Source: Ignavibacteriae bacterium HGW-Ignavibacteriae-1 (lineage in GTDB: Bacteria > Bacteroidota > Ignavibacteria > Kapaibacteriales > UBA2268). Taken from it: DNA of 64,000 nucleotides. Under the pieces are notes generated by a model. That model had not been told where the DNA came from, searched no databases, and saw only the letters and a program-made list of their open reading frames with translations. Location: positions 69,962 to 133,961 of the forward strand of contig PGYU01000002.1 in NCBI GenBank assembly GCA_002839825.1. Direction: 5' to 3'. The stretch's first letter is position 1, and every line of letters begins with the position of its first letter. The position numbers and the translations under genes were made by a program. Shown piece by piece: positions 37,401 through 46,835 of this stretch.

Positions 37401-37547
37401 GATCACGACAGTCGGTGCATTCAAATCCGGGAATATATCAATTTCCATATCACGGCTGATGAATGCTCCGACAGAAATAATAATGAAGCCCAGAACAAGG
37501 ACGAAAATTCGGTTTCCGAGCGAAAACTTAAGAATTTGGTTTACCAT
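34443..37547 (-). CDS. CusA/CzcA-family heavy-metal efflux RND transporter
   Basis: 1034 aa. Contains IDIFPDLNAPTVVIMT, GGMAIAIGSLVDDAIIDVENVFKRL and GIATRNGILLVS. Confidence 0.92.
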   Translation of the reverse strand: MVNQILKFSLGNRIFVLVLGFIIISVGAFISRDMEIDIFPDLNAPTVVIMTDAHGMAPEEVERSVTFIIESAMNGAPEVRRVRSNSTLGFSIVWIEFDWGTDIFRARQTVNERLATLLNSLPPGVSTPVLAPQTSLLGEIMIFAMTSDSLSAMDLKTYADWQVRPRLLSLGGVAYVTVMGGDSKHYLIAADPEKMRYYDVSMNELQNACNEMNTNSAGSFFSQYGNEYVIRGIGRTNDINELGNILIKSVNGLPVKISDVAEVKIDALQKINDASYNTQEAVVFSLTKQPKGNTIQLTEKVIESLEEIKAVLPGNVQFHTEVFNQADFINISISNVTRALIEGGIFVVVILFIFLLSIRTTFISLLAIPLSLFTSVIVLHLLGQTINTMSLGGMAIAIGSLVDDAIIDVENVFKRLKENAVKPEHEKQKSLKVVYEASKEIRASIINATMIIIVTFIPLFFLTGMEGRMLQPLGISFIVALFASLVVSITITPVLCSYLLTNPKTLASNINGSALVRFLNGIYERIVRFILPKYKVIIAVSALLFLITLISNFYLGRNFLPPFNEGSLTINLVTLPGTSLEQSTDIAAQAEEVLMTIPEVVSVTRKTGRAELSEHSYGSSISEIEVPFLVDERTRNEFLVDVRNKLSSINGVIYHIGQPISHKIDHIISGSKTSIAIKLYGTDLDRIYRLANVIRSRIVNIDGVVDLSVEQLVNVPQLLIKADRDKLQAYGITMSNFHKLVNDFIAGSKVGQVIEGDRTFDIVLRIDESNRNDIEAIKSIYIDTDSGSKVLLSDVAEIITSKSVNSINRENVKRRIVISANAFERDLKSLIEEVRSEIDQIPLPENYYIEYGGQFEVEEQASRVLFLASILAIIIVFFILYQEFRSFILAAIILINLPLSLIGGIATVWITSGTISIPSIIGFITLFGIATRNGILLVSRYKTLLNEGHEIRESIIMGSKDRLSPILMTALSAALALIPLVIAGDKPGNEIQSPMAEVILGGLLSSTFLNLIVIPAAFYAVFKKFGYKKIFGAR

Positions 37548-37559
37548 TATTTTGCTCCC

Positions 37560-39092
37560 TTAATGTGAATGACCCGCAGGCATTTCTGTAGTTTTGGAAG
37601 CTAAAACTAATCTGTATGTGCCATTAACTACAATTCGCTCCATTTCGTCCAATCCGGATGTAATCAAGTAGCTTTTACCGTCGTATCCCCCGACCTGAAC
37701 TTCGCGTCTTTCAAATAATTCGCCCGATTTTTGGACAAAAACATAGTAATAGCCCAAATCTTCCCAAACAGCTGTATGAGGTACTGCTAAGGATTTGTTG
37801 GCTTTGCCACCGTACAAATACACTTCTACAGGCATTCCGGGCATATAATTAAACTTATTATTGACTTCGAAATATACCGTAATAAAGTTCAAATTGCCCG
37901 TTTTTGACGGACTGACTGAAAGCAGTTTGCCATTCAATTCTGAAAGTGGGACTTTGTACTCGCCAAATTCAATCAAAGCGTCTGTGATTGGTTGCAATTT
38001 CAGATAATCTTTTTGCAAGATTTCAACTTCGACAACCATTCGGTCAATATTTATGATTTTTGCCATTTTCTGACCCGGAGTTACGAAATCTCCGTTAGAA
38101 ACGTAAAGTTCTTTAATCATTCCCGAAGTTGGTGAATTGACCAAGGTCCCTGATTTTGGGGTATAATTTGAATAACTCTGAAACTTTGCTTCGGCTATTT
38201 CAAATTCGGATTTTAGTCTTGCGTATTCTTTGTCGGAAACGATTTTATCTACAAGTAACTTCTTGGCTCTATCGAATTCATCTTTGGATTGTTCGTATTG
38301 CGATTTCGCTTGAAAATACCGCACATCAGTGTTGTCATCTTCCAGCCCCGATGGTGCAATCATGAATAATCCCTGATTTGCAGAAATCTGTTTGCCGGAA
38401 GTAATGGATTGCCCTAATAATCTTACAATCCCACCTACTCTTGCAGTTATGATTGTTTCTTTTTCAGTTTTTGTTGCAAATTTACCTATTGCTTTTTTGG
38501 AATTTCTGAACTCAGTGTAAGCAACTACATCCGTTGCTACCCCAAGACTCCAGGCGTCTTCTTTCGTAAATCCAATATAACCCTTGTCAACGACTTCGAG
38601 AGCATGTTCTGCTTCATGAGCGTCAGAGAATATTTGGACATCCTTCATTCTGAGTGTGTCGCGGTTTTCATCCGCGCCGATTATAAATTCGAGAGAAATC
38701 ATACCCGGATTTGCAAATTTTACAGAAAGAGTATAAATGCCCTTCCTGTCCACTTTGGCGAATGATACTCTATGATTTTCGATTCCGCTGATATTGAACA
38801 ATAAAGGGGTGTCAGTTACAGCTTCGCCTGAAGGTAATTTGCTGAAATGAAGGATAAATTCTGTTTCCTCACCGACAATGGGATTTCCAACTTCGGCATA
38901 TAATTCAAAATGATTGCTAAAAAGCGAAAATTTGTGAGCTACATCGGCATGTGCGTGCCCATGTTCATCGCCATGGGCATCACCATGGTCGTGCCCGGAT
39001 CCATCGCCGTGGTCGTGACCTAATTCAAGCTTGTCATTGCTACATGAAATAACAAAAACTGCTAAAAGCAAAATAACTAATTTATTATACAT
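37560..39092 (-). CDS. Efflux RND periplasmic adaptor lipoprotein with His-rich N-terminus
   Basis: Lipobox FVISC, followed by GHDHGDGSGHDHGDAHGDEHGHAHADVAH. Then a barrel-sandwich/lipoyl-like MFP body. The C-terminus is MPAGHSH. Confidence 0.85.
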   Translation of the reverse strand: MYNKLVILLLAVFVISCSNDKLELGHDHGDGSGHDHGDAHGDEHGHAHADVAHKFSLFSNHFELYAEVGNPIVGEETEFILHFSKLPSGEAVTDTPLLFNISGIENHRVSFAKVDRKGIYTLSVKFANPGMISLEFIIGADENRDTLRMKDVQIFSDAHEAEHALEVVDKGYIGFTKEDAWSLGVATDVVAYTEFRNSKKAIGKFATKTEKETIITARVGGIVRLLGQSITSGKQISANQGLFMIAPSGLEDDNTDVRYFQAKSQYEQSKDEFDRAKKLLVDKIVSDKEYARLKSEFEIAEAKFQSYSNYTPKSGTLVNSPTSGMIKELYVSNGDFVTPGQKMAKIINIDRMVVEVEILQKDYLKLQPITDALIEFGEYKVPLSELNGKLLSVSPSKTGNLNFITVYFEVNNKFNYMPGMPVEVYLYGGKANKSLAVPHTAVWEDLGYYYVFVQKSGELFERREVQVGGYDGKSYLITSGLDEMERIVVNGTYRLVLASKTTEMPAGHSH

Positions 39093-39157
39093 AGGAATTT
39101 CCTGATTAAAGTTAATAATTCAAAATTAAAAAAAACGATTTTGAGTATAGGTTCTAA

Positions 39158-39553
39158 TCAGGCAATTGGAGGGGCACGGTCAGATATATTTAAAATTCTG
39201 TCATTGTCTGATAAAGCATAAATCAAAGCTAAATAAGATAAAAACTTTATTTTATAGTCAATTTCAAAAATTTTATAATCTATCGGCAGATCTATATCAA
39301 ATGTGTAATCAGTCTGGATATTCACATTAGACAAAGCTCTGAACTGAGTATTATGGGTTTGGCTGATATGTTCGTGAGCGAAAAGCCCAAAATGAAAATG
39401 GCAGTGATTGTCAGTATTTTCAATATTATGGTTTTGATTTACACATACAGCACCCGACTCATGCAAATGGTCATGGGGAATCAAATCGTGAGCAAAATTG
39501 AGTGCATACGATAAGAAAATCAGTGTTATATGTATTTGTGTAAATAAAAGCAT
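39158..39553 (-). CDS. Small His-rich membrane-anchored protein upstream of the metal-efflux genes (DUF6660-like layout)
   Basis: 131 aa. N-terminal hydrophobic segment ITLIFLSYALNFAHDLIPHDHLH, then NHCHFHFGLFAHEH, with C-terminal ...RAPPIA. It is the first gene of the czc-like operon. Confidence 0.55.
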   Translation of the reverse strand: MLLFTQIHITLIFLSYALNFAHDLIPHDHLHESGAVCVNQNHNIENTDNHCHFHFGLFAHEHISQTHNTQFRALSNVNIQTDYTFDIDLPIDYKIFEIDYKIKFLSYLALIYALSDNDRILNISDRAPPIA

Positions 39554-39608
39554 ATGTGATTATTTGTATTTCCAAATACGAATATAGTATGAAAATGTTA
39601 TATTCCAC

Positions 39609-41303
39609 TCACCCACACGAGGAGCAATTGCCACATTTTTCGGCGACGTCTTGGTCGGCAAAGTACGAGAGGATATAGTGGCGTTTGCAACGGAGCGTTT
39701 CGGCATATAGTTGCATCGCTTTTAGCTTTTCGGAAGCGTGAATGCGGCGCCTTTCGAGATGCTTTACTTCCACGTCGAAATTGTCATTTTTCAGCAGAGT
39801 TTTGTCTAAATAGTAGCGCGTTTCGGCATGTGTCCCACGGAAATCAATTATTCCGGCAAATTGGAATGCTGAAATTGCTTTACCAAGTATTGCAGGGTTT
39901 ATATAATGCCGATTTGTGAGTTGGGCAATGCTTAGTTCGCAAAATGTGGTGAATGCTTCCGAGCCTACCGAACGCAAGATGGCGTCGAGTACTTCGCGCC
40001 GTTCATCGGTGGTGGTTTCGTAGTATTCGCGGATTTGCTCGCGGCTACGGGTGAAGCGGATTTGGGATTCGCCAAAGCTGTTGCCGGGTTTGATGATTTC
40101 GAGCCGTGTCAAAAAGCCGATTATTGCGTTGACGATTGTTAGCGGCATCCCCGAATAATTTGCGATGTCGGCTGCTTCAGGGATGATGTTGAATCCCGAG
40201 CGGTTGTCAGAGATTTTTTCGTTGTATAATTCGACTTTTGACACAAATTTGCTAATTTCCCGTTTCGGCGGATAAGTGGATTGGATGAAAAAGTCTTGCA
40301 ATCTCAAATCTTCGGGGTGGTAAATCAAGGTGCATTCGGCATCTAAGCCGTCTCTTCCTGCACGACCGGCTTCTTGGTAATAGGCTTCGACTGTTTGGGG
40401 CAAATCTACATGGACTACGTGGCGGACGTCTGCTTTGTCTATTCCCATTCCAAAGGCATTTGTGGCTACGATTACTTTTGTTTTGCCGCTGATGAAGCGT
40501 TCCTGCACTGATTCGCGTTGTACAGATTTCATACCGCCGTGGTAATATTCAGCCGGAACGTTGAGCTTTTGCAATCCTGTGCTGAATTCGATTGTTCTGT
40601 TGCGTGAGCCTGCATAGACTATCATCGAACCCGAATTCATCGAACGATAAATATTTACGAGTTTGCTTAATTTATCCTTAGAGTGAATGCAGTTGTAGCG
40701 TAAGTTGTTACGGTCGAAACCGCGAATGTAAACGTCGGGAGATTGGAGCTTGAGTTGTTTGATAATGTCTTGCCGAACGTCGGGCGTTGCAGTTGCAGTC
40801 AGGGCAATGATTGGGACTCGTTCTATGAGGCTGAATATATTGTTTACTTTCAAATAAGCCGGACGAAAATCGTGTCCCCATTCGGAAATACAGTGAGCTT
40901 CGTCCACGGCGATAAATGAGAGGTTAATATCTTTGAGTAACTCGATAAACTGGCGCGATGCAAGGCGTTCCGGGGCGACATAAATAATTTTGTATCCACC
41001 TTGCCGAGCATGAATGAAAATTTCCTGAATTTCGTCTTGATCTTGCGAACTATTTATAAAAGCCGCAGGAATTTCTCGCATTATTAATTGGTCAACTTGA
41101 TCTTTCATCAAAGCGATTAGCGGCGAAATTACAATTGCAGTGCCGGGCATAATGATAGCCGGAAGCTGGTAACAGAGCGATTTGCCTCCTCCTGTGGGCA
41201 TGACAGCAAGTGTATCTTTGCATTTCAGCACAGATTGGATAATCTCCTTCTGCCCTTTCCTGAATTCTTTTAGTCCGAAGCGAGTGTTTAGTATTTTTTC
41301 CAA
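39609..41303 (-). CDS. recQ: RecQ-family ATP-dependent DNA helicase, atypical C-terminus
   Basis: Contains FRKGQKEIIQSVL, MPTGGGKSLCYQLPA, DEAHCISEWGHDFRP, TNAFGMGIDK and QEAGRAGRDG. The Zn cluster CKR-x15-CGNCSSCG forms the last residues. Confidence 0.88.
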   Translation of the reverse strand: MEKILNTRFGLKEFRKGQKEIIQSVLKCKDTLAVMPTGGGKSLCYQLPAIIMPGTAIVISPLIALMKDQVDQLIMREIPAAFINSSQDQDEIQEIFIHARQGGYKIIYVAPERLASRQFIELLKDINLSFIAVDEAHCISEWGHDFRPAYLKVNNIFSLIERVPIIALTATATPDVRQDIIKQLKLQSPDVYIRGFDRNNLRYNCIHSKDKLSKLVNIYRSMNSGSMIVYAGSRNRTIEFSTGLQKLNVPAEYYHGGMKSVQRESVQERFISGKTKVIVATNAFGMGIDKADVRHVVHVDLPQTVEAYYQEAGRAGRDGLDAECTLIYHPEDLRLQDFFIQSTYPPKREISKFVSKVELYNEKISDNRSGFNIIPEAADIANYSGMPLTIVNAIIGFLTRLEIIKPGNSFGESQIRFTRSREQIREYYETTTDERREVLDAILRSVGSEAFTTFCELSIAQLTNRHYINPAILGKAISAFQFAGIIDFRGTHAETRYYLDKTLLKNDNFDVEVKHLERRRIHASEKLKAMQLYAETLRCKRHYILSYFADQDVAEKCGNCSSCG

Positions 41304-41479
41304 TGTCTTATGGGAATCTTTATGATTTTAATTCTCAAATATAGCTAAAAAGCTAAGATTGGAGAATTTTGCAATGCGTATAAGTTGGTATTTTTTCCCA
41401 CAAGTTTTCAAGATATACGCTCAAATCAAGGTTTTCAATAGTCAACTAGTCAAATTGATTTTATATTAAGCTAAAATAT

Positions 41480-41510
41480 TTTGTAATTTAACAAAATAGT
41501 GTTATTTTTG
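41480..41510 (+). promoter_or_regulatory. FCB-type promoter for the upstream EF-G gene (-33 TTTG / -7 TAnnTTTG)
   Basis: TTTG (41480-41483), a 19-nt spacer, then TATTTTTG (41503-41510), ending 55 nt before the ATG. The AAATAGT(G)TTATTTTTG block recurs upstream of rpsL. Confidence 0.55.
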
Positions 41511-41565
41511 CTATTCTATACAGTTTAGAAATTACGAAAATTAACAAATATATTGGTATCATGTT

Positions 41566-43653
41566 ATGGATATGTCAAAATTAAGAAATATCGGAATTGC
41601 CGCACACATTGATTCGGGCAAGACGACTCTTAGTGAAAGAATTTTGTTTTATACAGGCAAAATCCATCAAATAATCGAAGTAAGAAGCAAGACCGGAGCG
41701 GGTCCTACAATGGATTCGATGGACTTGGAACGCGAAAAGGGTATTACTATCCAATCAGCGGCTACTTTTGCAACCTGGAAAGATTTCAACATTAATTTGA
41801 TTGATACTCCCGGGCACATTGACTTTACCGTAGAGGTAGAGCGTGCTTTGAGAGTTTTAGATGGTGCCGTTTTAGTGCTTTGTGCAGTTGCCGGTGTGCA
41901 GTCCCAATCTATTACAGTGGACCGCCAAATGCGTCGCTACAACGTGCCGCGTATCGCTTTTATCAACAAAGTTGACCGCGCAGGGGCTAACCCCGACCGC
42001 GTTTTCGACCAACTTCGCGATAAATTGCATCTTCATCCGGTTATGATTACGATGCCAATCGGTATCGAAGACCGTTTCGAGGGTGTTGTTGATTTGCTCA
42101 AAATGAAAGCTCTTTATTACGAAGGTGACCAAGGTGACGCAGTCATTGAGAGAGAAATTCCCGAGCATTTGGTAGAAGAAGCGAAATTGCGTCGCAACAC
42201 TATGGTCGAAATTTTAGCTGACCACGACGACAATATTGCAGAAAAATTCCTTATGGAAGAAGAAGTGCCCGTCGAAGAGTTGATGGAATCTATTCGCAGG
42301 CAAACTATCGCTTTGCACATCACCCCTGTTTTTGTGGGTACTGCAAAAATGAACAAGGGCATCCAAACATTGCTTGATGCTGTTTGTGCCTATCTTCCTG
42401 CTCCACACGAAATAGCAAATTATGCATTAGATAGAGATAATAACGAAGAAAAAGTTGACCTTTTGTCCGAGCCTCACAAGCCTGCTGTAGCATTGGCATT
42501 CAAGCTCGAAGACGGTCGTTACGGACAGTTGACTTATATGAGATTGTATCAAGGAACTTTGAAAAAAGGCGATACAATTATCAATACTGCAAATGGTAAA
42601 AGAGTTAAAATTCCTCGCCTTGTCAGAATGCATGCTAACGAGATGAATGATATCGAAGAAGTAGCAGCAGGAGACATCTTCGCTATGTTTGGCGTAGATT
42701 GTTCATCAGGCGATACATTCACTGACGGTAACGTAAATTATTCGATGACTTCCATGTTTGTTGCCAGCCCGGTTATCGAGCTTTCGGTCAAGCCAAAGGA
42801 AAAAACCGGACAAGTGAACTTCTCGAAAGCGATGAACAGATTCCAAAAGGAAGACCCAACCTTCAAAGTGGCTCGTGACGAAGAAAGTGGCGAGACAATC
42901 ATCAAGGGTATGGGCGAACTTCACCTCGAAATTTATATCGAACGCATCAGACGTGAGTATAATTGCGAAGTATTAGTCGGTCAACCTAAAGTAGCCTATA
43001 GAGAAGCTATTTCGAGAGCTATAGACTTCGATTACACTCATAAGAAGCAAACAGGTGGTTCCGGGCAATATGCACGCGTAGCGGGCAAAGTAGAGCCCTT
43101 ATCGCTCGATTCTCCCGAACCATACGAATTTGTCAATTCAATCGTTGGCGGTTCGATACCTAAAGAGTACATTCCGGCTTGTGATAAAGGATTCCACGAA
43201 CAAATGTCTGATGGTCTGTTGATTAGTCAGCCGATTGTCGGTGTCAAAGTTACTTTGAGCGACGGTGCTTATCATGCGGTTGACTCCTCGGATATGGCAT
43301 TTAAAATCGCTTCAAAGCAAGCTATGAAAGAAGCTATCGCTAAGTGCGGACCTGTTATACTCGAACCTTTCATGAAATTGGAAACTTCATCACCTGAAGA
43401 ATTCCAAGGCGTGATAATCGGTCAAATCAACCAACGTCGTGGCATAATTCACTCTTCAAAAGTCGAAGCGGGTTATGTTGTTGTCGAAGCTGAAGTACCT
43501 TTGAAAGAAATGTTTGGATATTCGAGTGATTTGCGTTCTGCTACTCAAGGCAAAGGCGAATTTACAATGGAATTCCTCAAATACGTGACTGTGCCTAAGA
43601 GTATTCAAGAAGAAATCATTAAAGATTACAAAGAAAAAGAAGCCGCCAAGTAA
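41566..43653 (+). CDS. fusA: Elongation factor G paralogue, EF-G1mt/spd-EFG1-like
   Basis: 695 aa. Contains [75 protein letters not shown] and NKVDR. Confidence 0.93.
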   Translation: MDMSKLRNIGIAAHIDSGKTTLSERILFYTGKIHQIIEVRSKTGAGPTMDSMDLEREKGITIQSAATFATWKDFNINLIDTPGHIDFTVEVERALRVLDGAVLVLCAVAGVQSQSITVDRQMRRYNVPRIAFINKVDRAGANPDRVFDQLRDKLHLHPVMITMPIGIEDRFEGVVDLLKMKALYYEGDQGDAVIEREIPEHLVEEAKLRRNTMVEILADHDDNIAEKFLMEEEVPVEELMESIRRQTIALHITPVFVGTAKMNKGIQTLLDAVCAYLPAPHEIANYALDRDNNEEKVDLLSEPHKPAVALAFKLEDGRYGQLTYMRLYQGTLKKGDTIINTANGKRVKIPRLVRMHANEMNDIEEVAAGDIFAMFGVDCSSGDTFTDGNVNYSMTSMFVASPVIELSVKPKEKTGQVNFSKAMNRFQKEDPTFKVARDEESGETIIKGMGELHLEIYIERIRREYNCEVLVGQPKVAYREAISRAIDFDYTHKKQTGGSGQYARVAGKVEPLSLDSPEPYEFVNSIVGGSIPKEYIPACDKGFHEQMSDGLLISQPIVGVKVTLSDGAYHAVDSSDMAFKIASKQAMKEAIAKCGPVILEPFMKLETSSPEEFQGVIIGQINQRRGIIHSSKVEAGYVVVEAEVPLKEMFGYSSDLRSATQGKGEFTMEFLKYVTVPKSIQEEIIKDYKEKEAAK

Positions 43654-43710
43654 TTTAAATCATCAGAAATGATGCCAAAAAAAAATATTTTCAAAAATGT
43701 TGAAAAATAT

Positions 43711-43741
43711 TTTGGTGGTAAAAAAAAAATAGTTATTTTTG
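43711..43741 (+). promoter_or_regulatory. FCB-type promoter for the str operon (-33 TTTG / -7 TAnnTTTG)
   Basis: TTTG (43711-43714), a 19-nt spacer, then TATTTTTG (43734-43741), ending 50 nt before the rpsL GTG. Confidence 0.55.
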
Positions 43742-43791
43742 TAAGCTCTATTACGATAGAGATGAAAAATTTATAAAAATCGGAGTTTATT

Positions 43792-44196
43792 GTGCCAACA
43801 ATTTCGCAGTTAGTTAGGAAAGGAAGAAAGAGAGTAACTTACAAAAGTAAGTCTGCGGCATTGAATTCGTGCCCGCAAAGAAGAGGCGTTTGTACAAGAG
43901 TATATACAACTACTCCTAAGAAACCAAACTCGGCTTTGAGAAAAGTTGCACGTGTAAGATTGACATCAGGATTTGAAGTTACGGCATATATTCCCGGAGA
44001 AGGCCACAATTTACAAGAGCACTCAATTGTATATGTACGTGGCGGAAGAGTAAAAGACCTTCCCGGTGTTCGTTATCATATCGTGAGAGGCACTGCCGAT
44101 ACTCAAGGTGTTGACGGACGTAAACAAGGTAGATCGAAATACGGGACTAAGAGACCAAAGCCCGGACAACCAGTAGTAGCTAAAAAGAAGAAATAA
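43792..44196 (+). CDS. rpsL: 30S ribosomal protein S12
   Basis: Contains [28 protein letters not shown] and [21 protein letters not shown] start. Confidence 0.97.
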   Translation: MPTISQLVRKGRKRVTYKSKSAALNSCPQRRGVCTRVYTTTPKKPNSALRKVARVRLTSGFEVTAYIPGEGHNLQEHSIVYVRGGRVKDLPGVRYHIVRGTADTQGVDGRKQGRSKYGTKRPKPGQPVVAKKKK

Positions 44197-44219
44197 AAAA
44201 TAATTGAGATAATTTAGAA

Positions 44220-44687
44220 ATGAGAAAAAGAAGAGCAGAGAAGAAAGCGTTAATACCGGACCCAAGATACAATGATAAAATTGTAACTCGGTTTGTGAAT
44301 AACATCATGTTGGACGGCAAAAAGAATGTCGCTCGCCAAGTAATTTACGAAGCCTTTGATATTATCCGCGAGAAAACTAACGAAGACCCATTAGAAGTCT
44401 TCAAAAAAGCTCTTACAAATGTAGCACCAATGGTCGAAGTACGTTCACGTAGAGTTGGCGGTGCGACTTATCAAGTGCCGGTTGATGTCCGTGAAGAAAG
44501 AAGATTGGCTTTAGCTATCAGATGGTTGAAGACTTATTCTAAATCACGTAGAGACAAATCAATGTCACAAAAATTAGCTGCAGAATTTATGGCAGCTTCG
44601 AAAGGCGAAGGATCCAGCGTTAAGAAACGCGAAGATACGCACAGAATGGCTGAAGCCAACAAGGCTTTTGCGCATTTCAAATGGTAA
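44220..44687 (+). CDS. rpsG: 30S ribosomal protein S7
   Basis: Contains PDPRYNDKIVTRFVNNIMLDGKK and VEVRSRRVGGATYQVP. Confidence 0.97.
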   Translation: MRKRRAEKKALIPDPRYNDKIVTRFVNNIMLDGKKNVARQVIYEAFDIIREKTNEDPLEVFKKALTNVAPMVEVRSRRVGGATYQVPVDVREERRLALAIRWLKTYSKSRRDKSMSQKLAAEFMAASKGEGSSVKKREDTHRMAEANKAFAHFKW

Positions 44688-44729
44688 CTGAATCTAATGT
44701 TCTTTGGCAATTGGTAACTGATTGAAGCG

Positions 44730-46784
44730 ATGCCGCGGCAGACTGACATATCAAAATTTAGAAATATCGGTATAATGGCTCACATTGATGCCGGTAAGAC
44801 TACAACCACTGAAAGAATTCTATTCTATTCCGGTTATCTGCACAAATTAGGTGCAGTTGACGACGGTACAGCGTTCATGGATTACATGGACCAAGAAAAA
44901 GAACGTGGGATTACGATAATGTCGGCAGCAACTACATGTTTGTGGAAAGAATATTGTATTAATATAATTGATACTCCCGGACACGTGGATTTTACCGCGG
45001 AAGTGCAAAGGTCGCTCAGGGTTCTGGATGGAGCAATAGCTCTATTCTGTGGAGTAGGTGGTGTTCAGCCACAATCGGAAACAGTTTGGCGTCAGGCAGA
45101 CGAATACGCAGTCCCAAGACTAGCGTTCGTCAATAAAATGGACAGAGTCGGCGCTGATTTTGCAAAAGTTTTGCAAATGATGCGTGACCAACTTGGTGCT
45201 TTTCCTGTAGCAATACAAATTCCGATGGGTGCAGAAGATAAGTTTGAAGGTGTAATTGACCTAATTAAAATGAAATCCTATTTTTTCGATGTCGAAAGTT
45301 TAGGCTTGGATTTTTTAGAGAAAGAAATTCCGGCAAAGTATCTACCCGAGGCTGAAAAATATAGAAGTTCAATGATTGAATTTCTGGCTGATTTTGACGA
45401 TAGTATTCTCGAACGCTTTTTTGCAGGCGAGGAAATTGAAGAAAGCAGCATTAAATCCGCTCTCCGCAAAAGCACTCTTGAGCTTTTAGCCGTACCTGTT
45501 TTATGCGGGTCATCTCTCAAAAATATTGGAGTACAATTATTGATAGATTCCGTAATAGATTATCTGCCATCACCTTTAGATGTGAAATACACCGAAGGCT
45601 TTGATGTCGATGATCATGAAAAAAGGCTAAAACGACAACCCAATGACGATGAGCCGTTTTCGGCATTAGCGTTTAAGATTCTTAGTGATTCGTATATAGG
45701 AAAATTAACCTTTATAAGAATTTACTCAGGTTCCGTTAAGGTTGGTCAATCAGTACAGAATACTTCTTCCGGTAAAAAGGAGAAGATATTAAGGATAATG
45801 AAAGTGTACGCAAACAAGCGTGACGAAATTGACGAAGCCTTCGCAGGTGACATCATCGCAGTCCCAAGTTTGAAATTCACACGCACCGGCGACACGCTCT
45901 GCGAAATCAAACATCCTATTCTATACGAAAAAATCAACTTCAGCGAACCCGTCATTAATCAAGCGGTGGAAGCTAAAACACTTGCTGACCAAGAAAAACT
46001 CTTAGAAACGCTCGAAAAACTCAGTGATGAAGACCCAACTTTTCGTTATCGTTACGATAACGACAGTGGTCAAATTATCATCTCAGGCGTTGGCGAATTG
46101 CACCTCGAAATTATGGTGGATAGAATCCAACGTGAATTTAAAGTGCTGGCAAGAGTGGGCAAACCACAGGTCTCGTACCGCGAAAGCATTAGCTCACACG
46201 CAACAGAATCATCATTGTTCGAACGCCAAATGGGCGGCAAAAACCAATACGGTCATGCCGTTGTAAGCGTCGAACCTGCAAAAACATCGCAAGGCATAAT
46301 CTTCGAAAATCACATACCCAAGGGTAAACTTCCCGAAAACTTTGTATCGGCTCTCGAGCAAGGCGTTCGTGAAGGTTTGAATGTGGGACCGCAAGGCTAT
46401 CCCATGATTGATGTAATCGTTAAATTGATTGATTCGGAATACAAAATTGATGTAACGAGTGAAATAGGATGTAAAATTGCTGCTTCGATGGCGGCTAATG
46501 AAGCTTGTAGAAAAGCAAATCCTGTGTTGATGGAACCCATCTTTAGGGTAGAAGTGACTTCGCCTGAAGAATATGTAGGTGACATCATAGCGGATTTGAG
46601 CCAAAGACACGGAAGAATAGATGGAATCGAACATAACAAAAAATTGCAGGTAGTAAAGGGCTTGGCACCGCTATCGCAAATGTTCGGCTACGTAACAAAA
46701 TTAAGGTCTATAAGCCAAGGCAGAGCAAGTTACTCAATGATATTTTCGCATTATGAACAATCAGTTACAAAACAGGCTTTTTAA
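44730..46784 (+). CDS. fusA: Elongation factor G paralogue in the canonical fusA slot, EF-G2mt/spd-EFG2-like
   Basis: 684 aa. Contains [55 protein letters not shown] and [10 protein letters not shown]. Confidence 0.93.
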   Translation: MPRQTDISKFRNIGIMAHIDAGKTTTTERILFYSGYLHKLGAVDDGTAFMDYMDQEKERGITIMSAATTCLWKEYCINIIDTPGHVDFTAEVQRSLRVLDGAIALFCGVGGVQPQSETVWRQADEYAVPRLAFVNKMDRVGADFAKVLQMMRDQLGAFPVAIQIPMGAEDKFEGVIDLIKMKSYFFDVESLGLDFLEKEIPAKYLPEAEKYRSSMIEFLADFDDSILERFFAGEEIEESSIKSALRKSTLELLAVPVLCGSSLKNIGVQLLIDSVIDYLPSPLDVKYTEGFDVDDHEKRLKRQPNDDEPFSALAFKILSDSYIGKLTFIRIYSGSVKVGQSVQNTSSGKKEKILRIMKVYANKRDEIDEAFAGDIIAVPSLKFTRTGDTLCEIKHPILYEKINFSEPVINQAVEAKTLADQEKLLETLEKLSDEDPTFRYRYDNDSGQIIISGVGELHLEIMVDRIQREFKVLARVGKPQVSYRESISSHATESSLFERQMGGKNQYGHAVVSVEPAKTSQGIIFENHIPKGKLPENFVSALEQGVREGLNVGPQGYPMIDVIVKLIDSEYKIDVTSEIGCKIAASMAANEACRKANPVLMEPIFRVEVTSPEEYVGDIIADLSQRHGRIDGIEHNKKLQVVKGLAPLSQMFGYVTKLRSISQGRASYSMIFSHYEQSVTKQAF

Positions 46785-46835
46785 CAAAAATATAACTTTT
46801 TTTATTTAATTTATCAAATTAGGAGCGATTTAGAA

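Noticed and set aside
41304-41565. tRNA or small-RNA genes near the translation-factor genes (tRNA clusters often precede tuf)
   Set aside because: I could find no cloverleaf-compatible sequence (no GTTCxAxTC T-loop with matching acceptor stems) in this or the other spacers around the str operon.
43654-43700. Hairpin CATCA-GAAA-TGATG after the upstream EF-G gene as an intrinsic terminator
   Set aside because: The stem is only 5 bp and AT-rich. It is followed by an A-run rather than a T-run on the coding strand.
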